From assembly GCA_963664825.1 (NCBI GenBank), contig OY761614.1:2880001-2944000 (forward strand): 64,000 nt of DNA. The letters are read 5' to 3'. A model generated the notes under the pieces. That model saw only the letters and a list, made by a program, of their open reading frames with translations, had not been told where the DNA came from and made no database searches. Of this stretch, positions 1 to 9,346 are shown piece after piece; positions within the stretch are counted from its first letter, which is position 1, and each line of letters starts with the position of its first letter. Source of the stretch: an uncultured Holophaga sp. (GTDB lineage: Bacteria > Acidobacteriota > Holophagae > Holophagales > Holophagaceae). The translations under genes were made by a program, and so were the position numbers.

Positions 1-1
1 G

Positions 2-373
2 GAAGCCGAACTGGAGGCCTGGAATCCCCGGATCTACGGGGTCTACGGGGATTTCTCGAAGCTACTCCAGAATCTCGCCCTCCATGGATTCGGTGGGCCG
101 ACGCCCTCCACCAAGTTGAAACTGCGTTCTTGGATGGAGGCTGAATGCTTCCAATTGGAGATCCTGGACGAGGGTGGGCCGATCCCGCCGACGGAACTGG
201 AAGGCGCCTTCGAACCCTTCAATGAACTGCATCAGCAGGCCGTCATCGGGATCCGCAGCCCGGGACCCTCCCTGCCTCTCTGCAAACAGCTGCTGGCGGC
301 CTACCACGGCCAGATCGAGATCCGCAATGAAGGGGAGGGCACGGCGGTGCATGTGTCCTTCCCGCTGAGGTAG
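2..373 (+). CDS. HATPase_c-type C-terminal domain (sensor kinase-like), 5' partial
   Basis: Frame is open from position 2; DEGGPIP..F.PF and SLPLCKQLLAAYHGQIEI..GEGT.V.V.FP resemble degenerate G1/F/G2 boxes. Confidence 0.65.
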   Translation, partial: EAELEAWNPRIYGVYGDFSKLLQNLALHGFGGPTPSTKLKLRSWMEAECFQLEILDEGGPIPPTELEGAFEPFNELHQQAVIGIRSPGPSLPLCKQLLAAYHGQIEIRNEGEGTAVHVSFPLR

Positions 374-375
374 GC

Positions 376-1011
376 TCAGAGGATTTCCACGAGCCCCCAC
401 TGCCGCCCCTCCGTGTCCCCCCGGCGGTAGCTGAAGAGCAGTTCGGGTTCGCAGAGGGTGCACTTCAACACAGAACCGTCGTTGGCGGCATCCAGCCCCA
501 GATCCAGGGCCTGGGCGCGCAGGAAGCCATGCAGATCGAAATGGAACTTGCCCGGTGCCGTGGGCTCGGCCAGGGCCTCGCTCCAGGCGGGATCCCGGCG
601 GGCGGCCTCGAGGACCTCCGGGCCCACCTCGAAGTGGCACCTGCGGATGCCAGGTCCCAGGGCCCAGACGAGATCCTGGGGATGTCCTCCCTGGGCGATG
701 AACAGGGCGACGCCCCTGCGCAGGATCCCCGCCACGGCTCCTCGCCAGCCCGCGTGCAGGGCGGCCACCCAGGGGCCGCCGCTAAGGCCCGCCAGCAGCA
801 CGGGCACGCAATCGGCCACGCGTACGCCGATGGGCATTCCTGGTTGTCGGGTCCAGAGCCCGTCCCCCGCTTGGACAGCCCCTGTCGCGGCATGGATCTC
901 GCATCCGTGGATCTGGCGGAGACGCACGGGAGGCAGGCATTCGGGGCCATCCAGGCGCGTCGTGAAGCCCCAGTGGAGGGGAAAGGGGGGCGGGACGGTG
1001 GGGATGAGCAT
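376..1011 (-). CDS. pgeF: Purine nucleoside phosphorylase / laccase-domain protein (YfiH/PgeF family)
   Basis: QIHG, ADCVPVLL, HAGWRG, GPGI..CHFEVG, CT.C...FSYRR motifs. Confidence 0.9.
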   Translation of the reverse strand: MLIPTVPPPFPLHWGFTTRLDGPECLPPVRLRQIHGCEIHAATGAVQAGDGLWTRQPGMPIGVRVADCVPVLLAGLSGGPWVAALHAGWRGAVAGILRRGVALFIAQGGHPQDLVWALGPGIRRCHFEVGPEVLEAARRDPAWSEALAEPTAPGKFHFDLHGFLRAQALDLGLDAANDGSVLKCTLCEPELLFSYRRGDTEGRQWGLVEIL

Positions 1012-1015
1012 CGTC

Positions 1016-1951
1016 CTACCTGGGCCACATCAGGCAGAGCAGGCTGAGATCGGTGATGGCCCAGGCTCCCAGGGCCCAGTACATCCCCGCCTCGTGCTGC
1101 TGGGGGCTCCGGCTTCGCCAGTGGGCCAGCCAGGGGACGAGGACGCCGGACCAGCATCCCAAGGAAGGCAGTAAGCCGATCAGGAGCCATCCGCGAGAGG
1201 CCGCGAAGGCCCAGAGTCCCCAGGCGAAACAGGCGTGGGCTGCGGCCATGAGTAGGATCGCCAGGGCCAGGCTGCGGGTCTCCCCCAGTTGGATGACCAG
1301 CGTGCGGTCTCCCCGGGCACGGTCTTCTTCGATTTGGTAGATCTGGGTCAGGGGATAGAGGGCGCCGAAGAGGAAGGCGAAACCGATCGCCACGGCCCAG
1401 AAGGCCGGTGTCACGGGGCGGCCCGTGAGGCCCCAGCCCGCCAGCGGCGTGAGCAGGCCGAAGCCCAGGCCATTGATCAGGAGATCCCAGCCGGCCCGCG
1501 CCTTGAGACGAATGGGGGGCATGGAGTAGAGGAAGGCCATGATCACACAGAGCCCGTTGCTCCAGGCGAAGACCGGCGGCAGCAGGAAGCCCGAGGCCAG
1601 GCTGAGGAGGAGCATGGTGGCCGAGACCTGGAAGAGATACTTGGGCGGTTTGGGGGGTTGCCGGAGGTAGCCGATATCGCCGTCATCCTGATCGAAGGCG
1701 CTATTGATGGCCAGCGTGCCCCCGTTCATGAGGACCACGAAGATGCCCCAGCCCAGGAAGACCCGGCCCATGGATACCTTGACTCCCACGGCCAGGAGGG
1801 TGCCGAGCAGAAAATGGGCCGTCATGATGGGCCACTGCATCGGTCGGAGGTGGAGGAGGTAGGCCATCAGGGTCGGCCCCAGGAGCCCTTCGCAGGCCTG
1901 GCGCAGGCGGGAGGGCGTGGCCTTGGGGTCAGAGGAGGGTGGCTTGTTCAT
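1016..1951 (-). CDS. UbiA-family prenyltransferase
   Basis: Multi-TM; NSAFDQDDGD, YSMPPIRLK and QIEEDRARGDRTL motifs. Confidence 0.85.
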   Translation of the reverse strand: MNKPPSSDPKATPSRLRQACEGLLGPTLMAYLLHLRPMQWPIMTAHFLLGTLLAVGVKVSMGRVFLGWGIFVVLMNGGTLAINSAFDQDDGDIGYLRQPPKPPKYLFQVSATMLLLSLASGFLLPPVFAWSNGLCVIMAFLYSMPPIRLKARAGWDLLINGLGFGLLTPLAGWGLTGRPVTPAFWAVAIGFAFLFGALYPLTQIYQIEEDRARGDRTLVIQLGETRSLALAILLMAAAHACFAWGLWAFAASRGWLLIGLLPSLGCWSGVLVPWLAHWRSRSPQQHEAGMYWALGAWAITDLSLLCLMWPR

Positions 1952-2718
1952 GCGATCCCCTCGTGCCGCAGGGGGCGCACCTTGGCTGCCTCGTCACGCT
2001 TCGGCTCCACGAGAGCCTCCATCGCCGCACTCAGCAACGGAATGCTGAAGTTCGTATCCACGCACATGCCGTGGGGCAGCTGGAGCGGAATGGCGTAGAC
2101 GGGGACTTCGGGGAGCTTGATGAGGCCCTTCACCAGGCGATCCGGGCAGCTCACCGCCAGGATGAGATCGGGATGGAACTCCCGGGCCTCCCGGTAGGCC
2201 TTGTGGCTGCGGTTGGAGATCCGGACGTCCCAGCGGCCCAGCAGGCTGGCCTGGAGGTAGTCTCCCACCGGGCAGAGGCCGCATTGATGGCAGTTGGAGA
2301 GTCCGTCCAGGATCTGGGCCTTGCAGCGGGCCATCTGGATGCAATGGGGCAGGAGGATCAGGGCCTGTCGGGCCGGGCGCGTCCTGAAGGCCTCTCGGAC
2401 CTGGAGGTTGTTCCAGGCGCAGAAGGCTTGGATCCATGCCCCCTCTTGGCCGAACAGGCGGGCCGCCGGGCGCAGGGCCCTCACCCAGAGACCGTCCCAG
2501 CGGATGATGGCCCGGCGGCTCTTCAGGTAGGCATCCCCGGTCTTGAAGGTGGGTCCCACTTCGGCCAGGCAGGCGACCACCAAGAGCAAGACCCAACCCC
2601 GGCTGCCCTGATGTACCAGCGCGGTGATGAGGCCCGCCAGGGCTAACCCGAGCGGAATTCCGCGCCGGACGATGAGGAAGGGCCAGGTGCGCTCTGGAGG
2701 GAGAGGATGGGATTTCAT
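1948..2718 (-). CDS. DUF116-family membrane-anchored Cys-rich protein
   Basis: N-terminal TMs; LLPHC, CHQCGLC, AVSC.DRL, C.DT motifs. Confidence 0.8.
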   Translation of the reverse strand: MKSHPLPPERTWPFLIVRRGIPLGLALAGLITALVHQGSRGWVLLLVVACLAEVGPTFKTGDAYLKSRRAIIRWDGLWVRALRPAARLFGQEGAWIQAFCAWNNLQVREAFRTRPARQALILLPHCIQMARCKAQILDGLSNCHQCGLCPVGDYLQASLLGRWDVRISNRSHKAYREAREFHPDLILAVSCPDRLVKGLIKLPEVPVYAIPLQLPHGMCVDTNFSIPLLSAAMEALVEPKRDEAAKVRPLRHEGIA

Positions 2719-2765
2719 GGAAACCTAGTGGGAGCTCCGGGTGCGCCGCGAATGGGAGTGTGGGT

Positions 2766-4232
2766 TCACTTGCCTACTCCGACCAAACCCACGAGTTTTT
2801 TAAGGTCATCATCCTTCCAGCGGATGCCGCCCCCGACGAAGAAGGTGCGGAGATCCTTGTTCCCGAGGTCCTGGCCCCCGGCCTGAACGTAGACACCCTT
2901 CCAGAGCTGGTAGCTGGTGGTGGCACGGTAGCGGGGATTGGGCTTGTCGTCCCGCTTGGAGAAATCGTAGGCCAGGCCGCCGATGCGGAAGCGGTCGTTC
3001 AGGAAGCGCAGCTCGGCTCCGGCGCCGCCCTTGCCATCGATGATGCCCGCGTGGATGACGAAGTGCTCGCCCAGGCGCTTCATGAATTCGGCCGAGAGGG
3101 TGAAGACCTGTTCGGAAGTGGCGGTGTAGACCTTCTGCACGGCGTCCTTCGGGAGCCCGGTGAGGGGATCGATCTGGGTGAGGGTGCGCGTGCTCTCGGA
3201 GAGCTTCCCGTCGGGGGTCGAGCTCAGGCCCACGGAATACCAGTAGTCCTTGCGGGGGGCGATCTCGATGCCCAGGCCCACTTGGCTATCGCCCCGGCTG
3301 GTCCAGCGCGCGCCGCCCATATCGAGGCGCAGCTCCATGTTCTTCATGCCGCCCAGCATCTCGTTGACGTTATCCACGGCGGTGTTGAGCTTCAAGATCG
3401 TGGTGTCGTCGTTGAGCAGCTTGCCGATGGTGCCTTCGCCCTTGTTCATCTTATCGGTGATGGAGCGGATGTTCTCGGAGGTGGACTGGAAGCCCTGGGC
3501 CAGCTTGCGCACATCGCCCATGAGGCCCTTCAGCTCGGGCTTGTTCTGGTCGACCATTCCGTTGAGGTTCTTGCCCAGATCCTCGAATTGCTTGGCGATC
3601 TTGGGCAGGCGGTCCCGCATCTCACTGGTGATGGTCTCCACGTTGGCCATGGTGTTATTGATGGCGGCGTGGTTTTCCTGGGACATGGACCTGAATTCGG
3701 CGGTAAGGACTCTGATGTTATCGACGATCTCGTCGAGCTTCTGGCGGCCATTCTCCCCGCCGATGGACTGGTTCAGGGCGTAGGTGATGCCCTTCACATC
3801 CGTGCCGATGGAACCCAGGGTCTCCATGAGGTTATCCAGGCTCACGCCGGTCTTGCTGGGGATGGTGCTGCCCGAGGGGAGGGCGCCCTGGGTGGGCTTG
3901 CCGGGATCCAGGTCGAGATACTTCTCGCCCAGGATGCCGATGCTATTGAGGGAGGCCATGGCGCCCCGGTTCACGGCGATCTTCTCATCAACGGTGAAGA
4001 CGATGATGGCGTGGCCATTCTCGATGGCGATTTCCTTCACCGTCCCCACCTTGACCCCCGCGATGAGCACGTGGCCCTGGACGTTGAGGCCAGCCACCTG
4101 GGCAAACTCCGTGCGGAAGGTGCGCTCGGCGGGTTTGCCGAAGACCTCCAGTTTCTCGGTGCGCATGATGAGCACGCCCAGGATCAAAATGGTCCCGATG
4201 AAGAAGGCGCCGACTTTGCTTTCGAGTTTCAT
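2766..4232 (-). CDS. mlaD: MlaD/MCE-family lipid transport protein
   Basis: ESKVGAF TM, GL....V...GVKVG.V, GILGEKYLDL, long helical region and beta-rich C-terminus. Confidence 0.88.
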   Translation of the reverse strand: MKLESKVGAFFIGTILILGVLIMRTEKLEVFGKPAERTFRTEFAQVAGLNVQGHVLIAGVKVGTVKEIAIENGHAIIVFTVDEKIAVNRGAMASLNSIGILGEKYLDLDPGKPTQGALPSGSTIPSKTGVSLDNLMETLGSIGTDVKGITYALNQSIGGENGRQKLDEIVDNIRVLTAEFRSMSQENHAAINNTMANVETITSEMRDRLPKIAKQFEDLGKNLNGMVDQNKPELKGLMGDVRKLAQGFQSTSENIRSITDKMNKGEGTIGKLLNDDTTILKLNTAVDNVNEMLGGMKNMELRLDMGGARWTSRGDSQVGLGIEIAPRKDYWYSVGLSSTPDGKLSESTRTLTQIDPLTGLPKDAVQKVYTATSEQVFTLSAEFMKRLGEHFVIHAGIIDGKGGAGAELRFLNDRFRIGGLAYDFSKRDDKPNPRYRATTSYQLWKGVYVQAGGQDLGNKDLRTFFVGGGIRWKDDDLKKLVGLVGVGK

Positions 4233-4249
4233 GGGATATCCGGAGAAGG

Positions 4250-5077
4250 TCAGTCGATGTGGACAGGATGGTAGACGGATCGATCCAGGGCCCGCCGAGG
4301 AGGGGGCGGATCCTGGAGGAAGGGCCCGTCGGCATCCCCGCGGAGGAACTGCTGGATGACGGGATGGGGGTTCACCTTGAAGGCTGCCGGGGGCTCACAG
4401 GCCAGGCATTCGCCGCGAAAGATCAAGGCGATGCGGTCCGCGATCTCGAAGGCGCTCTTCAGGTCGTGGGTGACGGTGATGCTGGTGACGCCCATCTCGG
4501 CCTTCAGGTCCAGGATGATGCGTCCGATCACATCGGTCATCACGGGATCCAGGCCCGTGGTGGGTTCGTCGAAGAGGAGAATCCTGGGCTTGAGGGCGAT
4601 GGCCCGGGCGAAGCCCACCCGGCGTTTCATGCCGCCGGAGAGCTCGGAAGGCTTGAGCTTATTGGTGCCCTTGAGACCCACCATGTTCAGGCATTCGTCC
4701 ACGCGATCGGCGATCTCGGCCTTGGTCATGGGCGCGTGGCGCTTCAGGGCAAATCCCACGTTCTCTTCTACCGTCATGGAGTCAAATAGGGCCGCCATCT
4801 GGAAGCACATGCCGATCTTCTTGCGCACCTCGAAGAGCTCTTCCCGATCGAGCTGCTGGATGATCTTGCCCTCCACGGCCACGTGTCCCGCGTCCGGCGT
4901 CAGAAGGCCCATGATATTGCGCAGGAGCACGGTCTTGCCCGTGCCCGAACCGCCCATCACGCAGAGGCTCTCGCCTTCCTGGACCTGGAGGTTGACGTTG
5001 GACAGCACAACCTTGGGGCCGAAGGCCTTGGAGAGATTGACCACATCGATGACGGGTTCCATGGATATGTTTCCCAT
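4250..5077 (-). CDS. mlaF: MlaF-like ABC ATPase
   Basis: GGSGTGKT, LSGGMKRRV, LLFDEPTTGLDP; start at 5077 (overlaps mlaE stop) or 5062, not 5455. Confidence 0.9.
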   Translation of the reverse strand: MGNISMEPVIDVVNLSKAFGPKVVLSNVNLQVQEGESLCVMGGSGTGKTVLLRNIMGLLTPDAGHVAVEGKIIQQLDREELFEVRKKIGMCFQMAALFDSMTVEENVGFALKRHAPMTKAEIADRVDECLNMVGLKGTNKLKPSELSGGMKRRVGFARAIALKPRILLFDEPTTGLDPVMTDVIGRIILDLKAEMGVTSITVTHDLKSAFEIADRIALIFRGECLACEPPAAFKVNPHPVIQQFLRGDADGPFLQDPPPPRRALDRSVYHPVHID

Positions 5078-5853
5078 CAGACGAGGAGCAGCTTGGTGAG
5101 GAAAAAGTCCGCGATGAGGATCCAGAGGCTGCTGGTCACCACGCTGCTGGTGGGAGCGTTGCCCACGCCCTCGGCGCCGCCCTGGGCCCGGTAGCCGCGC
5201 CAGCATCCCACCAGCGCGATGATGATGCCGAAGACGAAGGCCTTGTAGACGGCGATGCGGATATCCCGGAAGGCCAGGAGCTTGTAGAAGTCGTTGGCAT
5301 AGACGTAGGCGCTCTGGCCTTCGGCGCCCACCAGCAGCAGGTAGCCGCCCCAATAGCCCACATAGATGCTGAGACCCACCAGCAGGGGCAGCATGATCGC
5401 GGAGGCCAGGAGCCGGGGCACGAAGAGGTAATGCACGGGATCGGTGGCCAGGCATTCCAGGGCGTCGATCTGTTCGGTCACCTGCATGGTGCCTAATTCG
5501 GCGGCCATGGCGCTGCCCACCCGGCCCGCCATCATGAGGCCGGAGATGACCGGCGCCAGCTCGCGCACGATGGCTAGGCCATTGACCTGGGCGGCGAGGC
5601 CTTCGGCCTGGAACTGCTTGAAGCCGTAGGCCAGCTGCACGGCAAACACCATGCTGACCGCCAGGGACGTCAGCAGGATCACAGGGATGCTATTGACGCC
5701 CACGGCCTGGAACTGATGCATCAGGTTGGCCCCATCGAAGGGGCGCTTGAAGATGGCGCGGAAGGCCCGCCCCGAAACCACCGCGAAGTCCCCGGCTTGG
5801 TCGAGGGACCGGAGAACGGGGGCGCCGAGGCGTTCGAGTAGCGAATTGAGCAT
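5077..5853 (-). CDS. mlaE: MlaE-family ABC permease
   Basis: VRELAPV, AGRVGSAMAAELGTMQVTEQIDALE motif. Confidence 0.92.
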   Translation of the reverse strand: MLNSLLERLGAPVLRSLDQAGDFAVVSGRAFRAIFKRPFDGANLMHQFQAVGVNSIPVILLTSLAVSMVFAVQLAYGFKQFQAEGLAAQVNGLAIVRELAPVISGLMMAGRVGSAMAAELGTMQVTEQIDALECLATDPVHYLFVPRLLASAIMLPLLVGLSIYVGYWGGYLLLVGAEGQSAYVYANDFYKLLAFRDIRIAVYKAFVFGIIIALVGCWRGYRAQGGAEGVGNAPTSSVVTSSLWILIADFFLTKLLLV

Positions 5854-5887
5854 GGGGCTTCCGGGAAGGGGACTGCAAAGGGTTAGG

Positions 5888-7279
5888 TTAACTCATCCCG
5901 GCCTTCAGCCGATCCCTCAATCGTTGGGCGGTGCCCTCCTTGGTGACCTGGGGGCTGCGGGAAAGGGCGAGGGCATCGGCGGGTACATCCCGGGTGATGG
6001 TGCTGCCCGCGCCGATGAGGCAGCCGTCGCCCAGCTGCACCGGGGCGACGAGCTGGCAGTCCGAACCCACGAAGACGTCCCGGCCGATGAGGCTGCGGTG
6101 CTTGTGGAACCCGTCGTAGTTGCATGTGATGAAGCCCGCGCCGATATTGCTGCGCTCACCCACCTCACAATCGCCCAGGTAGCTCAGGTGGTTGGCCTTG
6201 GCCCCTGCGTGCAGATGGGCCTTCTTGGTTTCTACGAAATTGCCCATGTGGACGCGTTCATCTAGCACGGTGCCCTCCCGGAGATGGGCGAAGGGGCCGA
6301 CTTTGGCGTGGGCGCCGATGACGGCATCCTGGCCGATGCAGCAGGGGCGTATCTCCGCTCCCTCGCCGATGCGGCAATCCCGGAAGACGCAGCCCTGGCC
6401 GATGCGAGCGCCTTCTTCCACCGTGACTCGCCCCTCGAGGCGCAGGTTGGGCTCCAGCAGCACATCCCGGGCCAGCTCCACCCGGGGCCCCACAATCGTC
6501 GTCTCGGGATCCAGGAAGGTGACGCCTGCTTCCATCCACTGGTCATTGATGCGGCCCCGGGCCAGCCTCTGGAGCTGGGCCTGGTCCACCCTGGAATTCA
6601 TGCCCAGGAGTTCCGAGGGATCGCAGAGCTCCACCCGCAGGGGCACCCTGGAGGCCACGGTCATGATGGCGTCGGTGAGGTAGAACTCCCCTTGGGCGTT
6701 CTGGTTGGAAAGGCCCGCGAGCGCCGGTTCCAGCTCGGCCCAAGGCAGTGCGTAGGCGCCGCCATTCACCCGGCGGATGGCCAGGATCTCGAGGGAGGCG
6801 TCCTTCTGTTCCACCAGCCCCCGGAGGGTGCCGTCGGCATTTTGGATCACGCGGCCGTAGCCTGTGGGGTCCTGCAGGTCCATGGCCAGGAGGGCCGCCT
6901 CCTGGGCCGCGAGACGGGCGACGCTCTCCCTGCTCAGGAGGGGGACATCGCCATAGAGGATGACGACGCCCGTGGGGGCGAGGCGCTCCAGGGCGGGGAC
7001 GGCCTGTTGCACGGCGTGACCGGTGCCGAGAGGTTCACCCTGATCCACCGTCTGGACGGGACAGGGGAGCAGGCCCTGCTTCTTCCACTCGGCCAGGGCG
7101 GCCTCGATGCGGTCCTTGCCATGGTGCAGCACCAGGATGGCCGAGGAGACCTGAGGAGGCAGGGATCTCAGGACCCATAGCAGGGCCGGATCGCCGAGCA
7201 CCGGATGAAGGACCTTCGGCAGGGTCGATTTCATGCGTGTGCCCAGGCCTGCGGCGAGAATCACAGCGACTGTCGACAT
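5888..7279 (-). CDS. glmU: Bifunctional UDP-GlcNAc pyrophosphorylase / glucosamine-1-P acetyltransferase
   Basis: LAAGLGTRMKS..PKVLH, GNFVETKK, HLSYLGD, CNYDG, hexapeptide repeats; AAGGAGG RBS. Confidence 0.97.
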   Translation of the reverse strand: MSTVAVILAAGLGTRMKSTLPKVLHPVLGDPALLWVLRSLPPQVSSAILVLHHGKDRIEAALAEWKKQGLLPCPVQTVDQGEPLGTGHAVQQAVPALERLAPTGVVILYGDVPLLSRESVARLAAQEAALLAMDLQDPTGYGRVIQNADGTLRGLVEQKDASLEILAIRRVNGGAYALPWAELEPALAGLSNQNAQGEFYLTDAIMTVASRVPLRVELCDPSELLGMNSRVDQAQLQRLARGRINDQWMEAGVTFLDPETTIVGPRVELARDVLLEPNLRLEGRVTVEEGARIGQGCVFRDCRIGEGAEIRPCCIGQDAVIGAHAKVGPFAHLREGTVLDERVHMGNFVETKKAHLHAGAKANHLSYLGDCEVGERSNIGAGFITCNYDGFHKHRSLIGRDVFVGSDCQLVAPVQLGDGCLIGAGSTITRDVPADALALSRSPQVTKEGTAQRLRDRLKAGMS

Positions 7280-7312
7280 GGAACCTCCTTAACCGGCTTT
7301 TCAGCTGCCATG

Positions 7313-7410
7313 AAAGAGGGGACCGCCCGCTCGCTAAAGCTCGCTCTGCGTCCCCCCTTTGACCCCCACGTGGTGTCCAGGCGAAGCCCGGACACCACGT
7401 CTGTGTGGGG
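7313..7410. repeat. Two adjacent intergenic stem-loops
   Basis: AAAGAGGGGA/TCCCCCCTTT (7313-7360) and ACGTGGTGTCC/GGACACCACGT (7368-7400). Confidence 0.6.
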
Positions 7411-7415
7411 CCAGA

Positions 7416-8702
7416 TCATCGGGTCGCCCCGGGCTCGGTCACCTCGGCCTGCCAGGGCTCCTGCCGGGCTCGTCCAGCCAGGCGCACGGCCAGGGCCGTG
7501 GCCTCGAGGAAGTTGGTGGGATCGGCGACCCAGAGACCAGCCTTGTCGAAGGCTGTGCCGTGGTCCGGGGAGGTGCGAATGAAGGGCAGGCCCAGGGTCA
7601 GGTTGACGGCCCGGGTGGGTTCCAGGACCTTCAAGGGGATCAGCCCCTGGTCGTGGTAGAGGGCGATCACCAGATCGAATTCCCCCCGGGCGGCCCTCTG
7701 GAATAGGGTGTCGGCGGGGAGGGGGCCGAAGAAACGGGGCGAAGGGTGGCTGGGGGCGGGCTCAATCCCCGGACCCAGGGAGACCACTTCCAGATTCCTC
7801 TGGGCGCGCAGCACGGAAGACCTCGGCTGGGCTTTGGTCGGGAAGACCTCCCAGCCCTCGGGTACAGGACCGGGGGCGAAGGGAGAGGCCAGGTCCGCGA
7901 AGGGCCCGGGCCCTCCGAAATCCAGGAAGGAGGCTTCAGCCATGGTGACGGCTTCCCCGAGCATGACCTCTTCCCCGCCGAAGGCGCCGCCTTCGCCCCC
8001 ATGGGGGTTCAGGGCACAGAGGGCGACCCGGAGATCGAGCTTGCCGGTGAGTTGGATGAACCGGTCCGCCGCGAAGGAGAGGGTCTCGGCCACTGCTTCG
8101 GTGTCGAGACCTTCGACCACCGAACGCAGGCTCTGATGGACGGTGTGCAGTACCACCGAGAGGCTCGGGCTCACGAAGGCCATGCGCGTGATGGGCGATC
8201 CGGAGAGCGCCTGGAGATATTCCGTGTGGCCCGGGATATCGTAGCCCGCCTCGTGGGCGGCGCGCTTCGAGAGTGGCAGGGTCACAAGGGCATCGGCTTT
8301 TCCCGCCATGACCAGGCCCGCCCCGATGCGCACGGCCTCCACCGCGCAGCGTCCCGATTCCGGCGAACCCTGGCCGAGGCGCAGTTGCCCGGCTTGGATC
8401 TCCGGCGTGGGGTCAATCCAATGGGCGGAACCTCCCAGGGTCTGCTCCGAATCCTCCCATCGGGGCTGGGCATTGGTCTGAAAGAGGTGTTCCTGAACCC
8501 CGGCAAGCCCGGAGCCCGGTGCGGGATCCTCCAGGAAACGCCAGAAGACGGGGCCCTGGGGGAGCAGGTCCATGCCGGCCCGGGCCCCCACGATCACGAC
8601 CTCTGCCCAGCGATTGATGGCCTGAAGGGTGCGCGCCAGGATCTCCGGCCCGATCCCGCAGGGATCTCCAAGGGTGATGACGATGCAGGGGCGGCTTTTC
8701 AT
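7416..8702 (-). CDS. pdxA: 4-hydroxythreonine-4-phosphate dehydrogenase family
   Basis: GDPCGIGPEI, GHTEYL, LNPHGGE, YHDQGLIPLK, IRTSPDHGTAFD. Confidence 0.9.
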   Translation of the reverse strand: MKSRPCIVITLGDPCGIGPEILARTLQAINRWAEVVIVGARAGMDLLPQGPVFWRFLEDPAPGSGLAGVQEHLFQTNAQPRWEDSEQTLGGSAHWIDPTPEIQAGQLRLGQGSPESGRCAVEAVRIGAGLVMAGKADALVTLPLSKRAAHEAGYDIPGHTEYLQALSGSPITRMAFVSPSLSVVLHTVHQSLRSVVEGLDTEAVAETLSFAADRFIQLTGKLDLRVALCALNPHGGEGGAFGGEEVMLGEAVTMAEASFLDFGGPGPFADLASPFAPGPVPEGWEVFPTKAQPRSSVLRAQRNLEVVSLGPGIEPAPSHPSPRFFGPLPADTLFQRAARGEFDLVIALYHDQGLIPLKVLEPTRAVNLTLGLPFIRTSPDHGTAFDKAGLWVADPTNFLEATALAVRLAGRARQEPWQAEVTEPGATR

Positions 8703-8734
8703 AGCTTAGCCAGAGTAGCAGCCCCTTTCCCTCA

Positions 8735-9217
8735 TCAATCGAAGAGAGGCAGATCCACTTCCGGTGAGGCGGCTTCATCCTTCTTGCCCACGCGACTCCG
8801 GCGGATGCGGGGCTCCTCATCCTGCTTATAAATATATTTAATATTATGTTTGGGCAAGAGGAGGTTGGGCTCCTTCACACGATTGACCTTGAGGCAGTGC
8901 TTGTCGTACCACTCGATGACGCCGCGGATCTTCTCATCGTTCTGGAGGACGATGACCATGGGCGTCTTGGACTGCATCTGCTTCAGATAATAGAAACTCT
9001 CGGCATTGGTCTGTTCCGGGGGCGCGATCTTGCGCCGGGGGCTGCCCATGCCCTGGGGCACGCTGGCGGCGTTCGGGTCGGCATTCCGGCCGCTCTGGGT
9101 GAGTTCCCCGGCGGACTGGGTGACGGACGGTTGTTCCTGGGGGACGGGGGGCTTGGGGTTGCGCCCCAACTGCTCCTTGATCTCCCCGAAATTCGGACGG
9201 ATGAGCTTGCGATTCAT
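8735..9217 (-). CDS. Hfq/Sm-like RNA-binding protein with N- and C-terminal extensions
   Basis: KTPMVIVLQNDEKIRGVIEWYDKHCLKV...LLLPKHNIKYI matches Sm1/Sm2 (Hfq YKHAI-like). Confidence 0.75.
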   Translation of the reverse strand: MNRKLIRPNFGEIKEQLGRNPKPPVPQEQPSVTQSAGELTQSGRNADPNAASVPQGMGSPRRKIAPPEQTNAESFYYLKQMQSKTPMVIVLQNDEKIRGVIEWYDKHCLKVNRVKEPNLLLPKHNIKYIYKQDEEPRIRRSRVGKKDEAASPEVDLPLFD

Positions 9218-9346
9218 GGAGGATCCTGGTCTGGCAAAGCACGAAGGCGGCCCCTGGCCTGAGTGGCGCGAACTGCCTCGGGACTGCGCTGAAGTATGGA
9301 AAAGGTGCCAGCTTCCCCCGACCTTCGCAAGGCTTTCCGTGGAAAT

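Noticed and set aside
2760..4274. Long antisense or alternate-frame ORFs (e.g. 2760-4274+, 41857-43311+, 50340-51845-, the 5' part of 48084-49784-)
   Set aside because: Shadow ORFs expected in high-GC DNA opposite well-supported genes
7280..7415. glmS ribozyme upstream of glmU
   Set aside because: No AGCGCC...GACGAGG catalytic core on the coding strand
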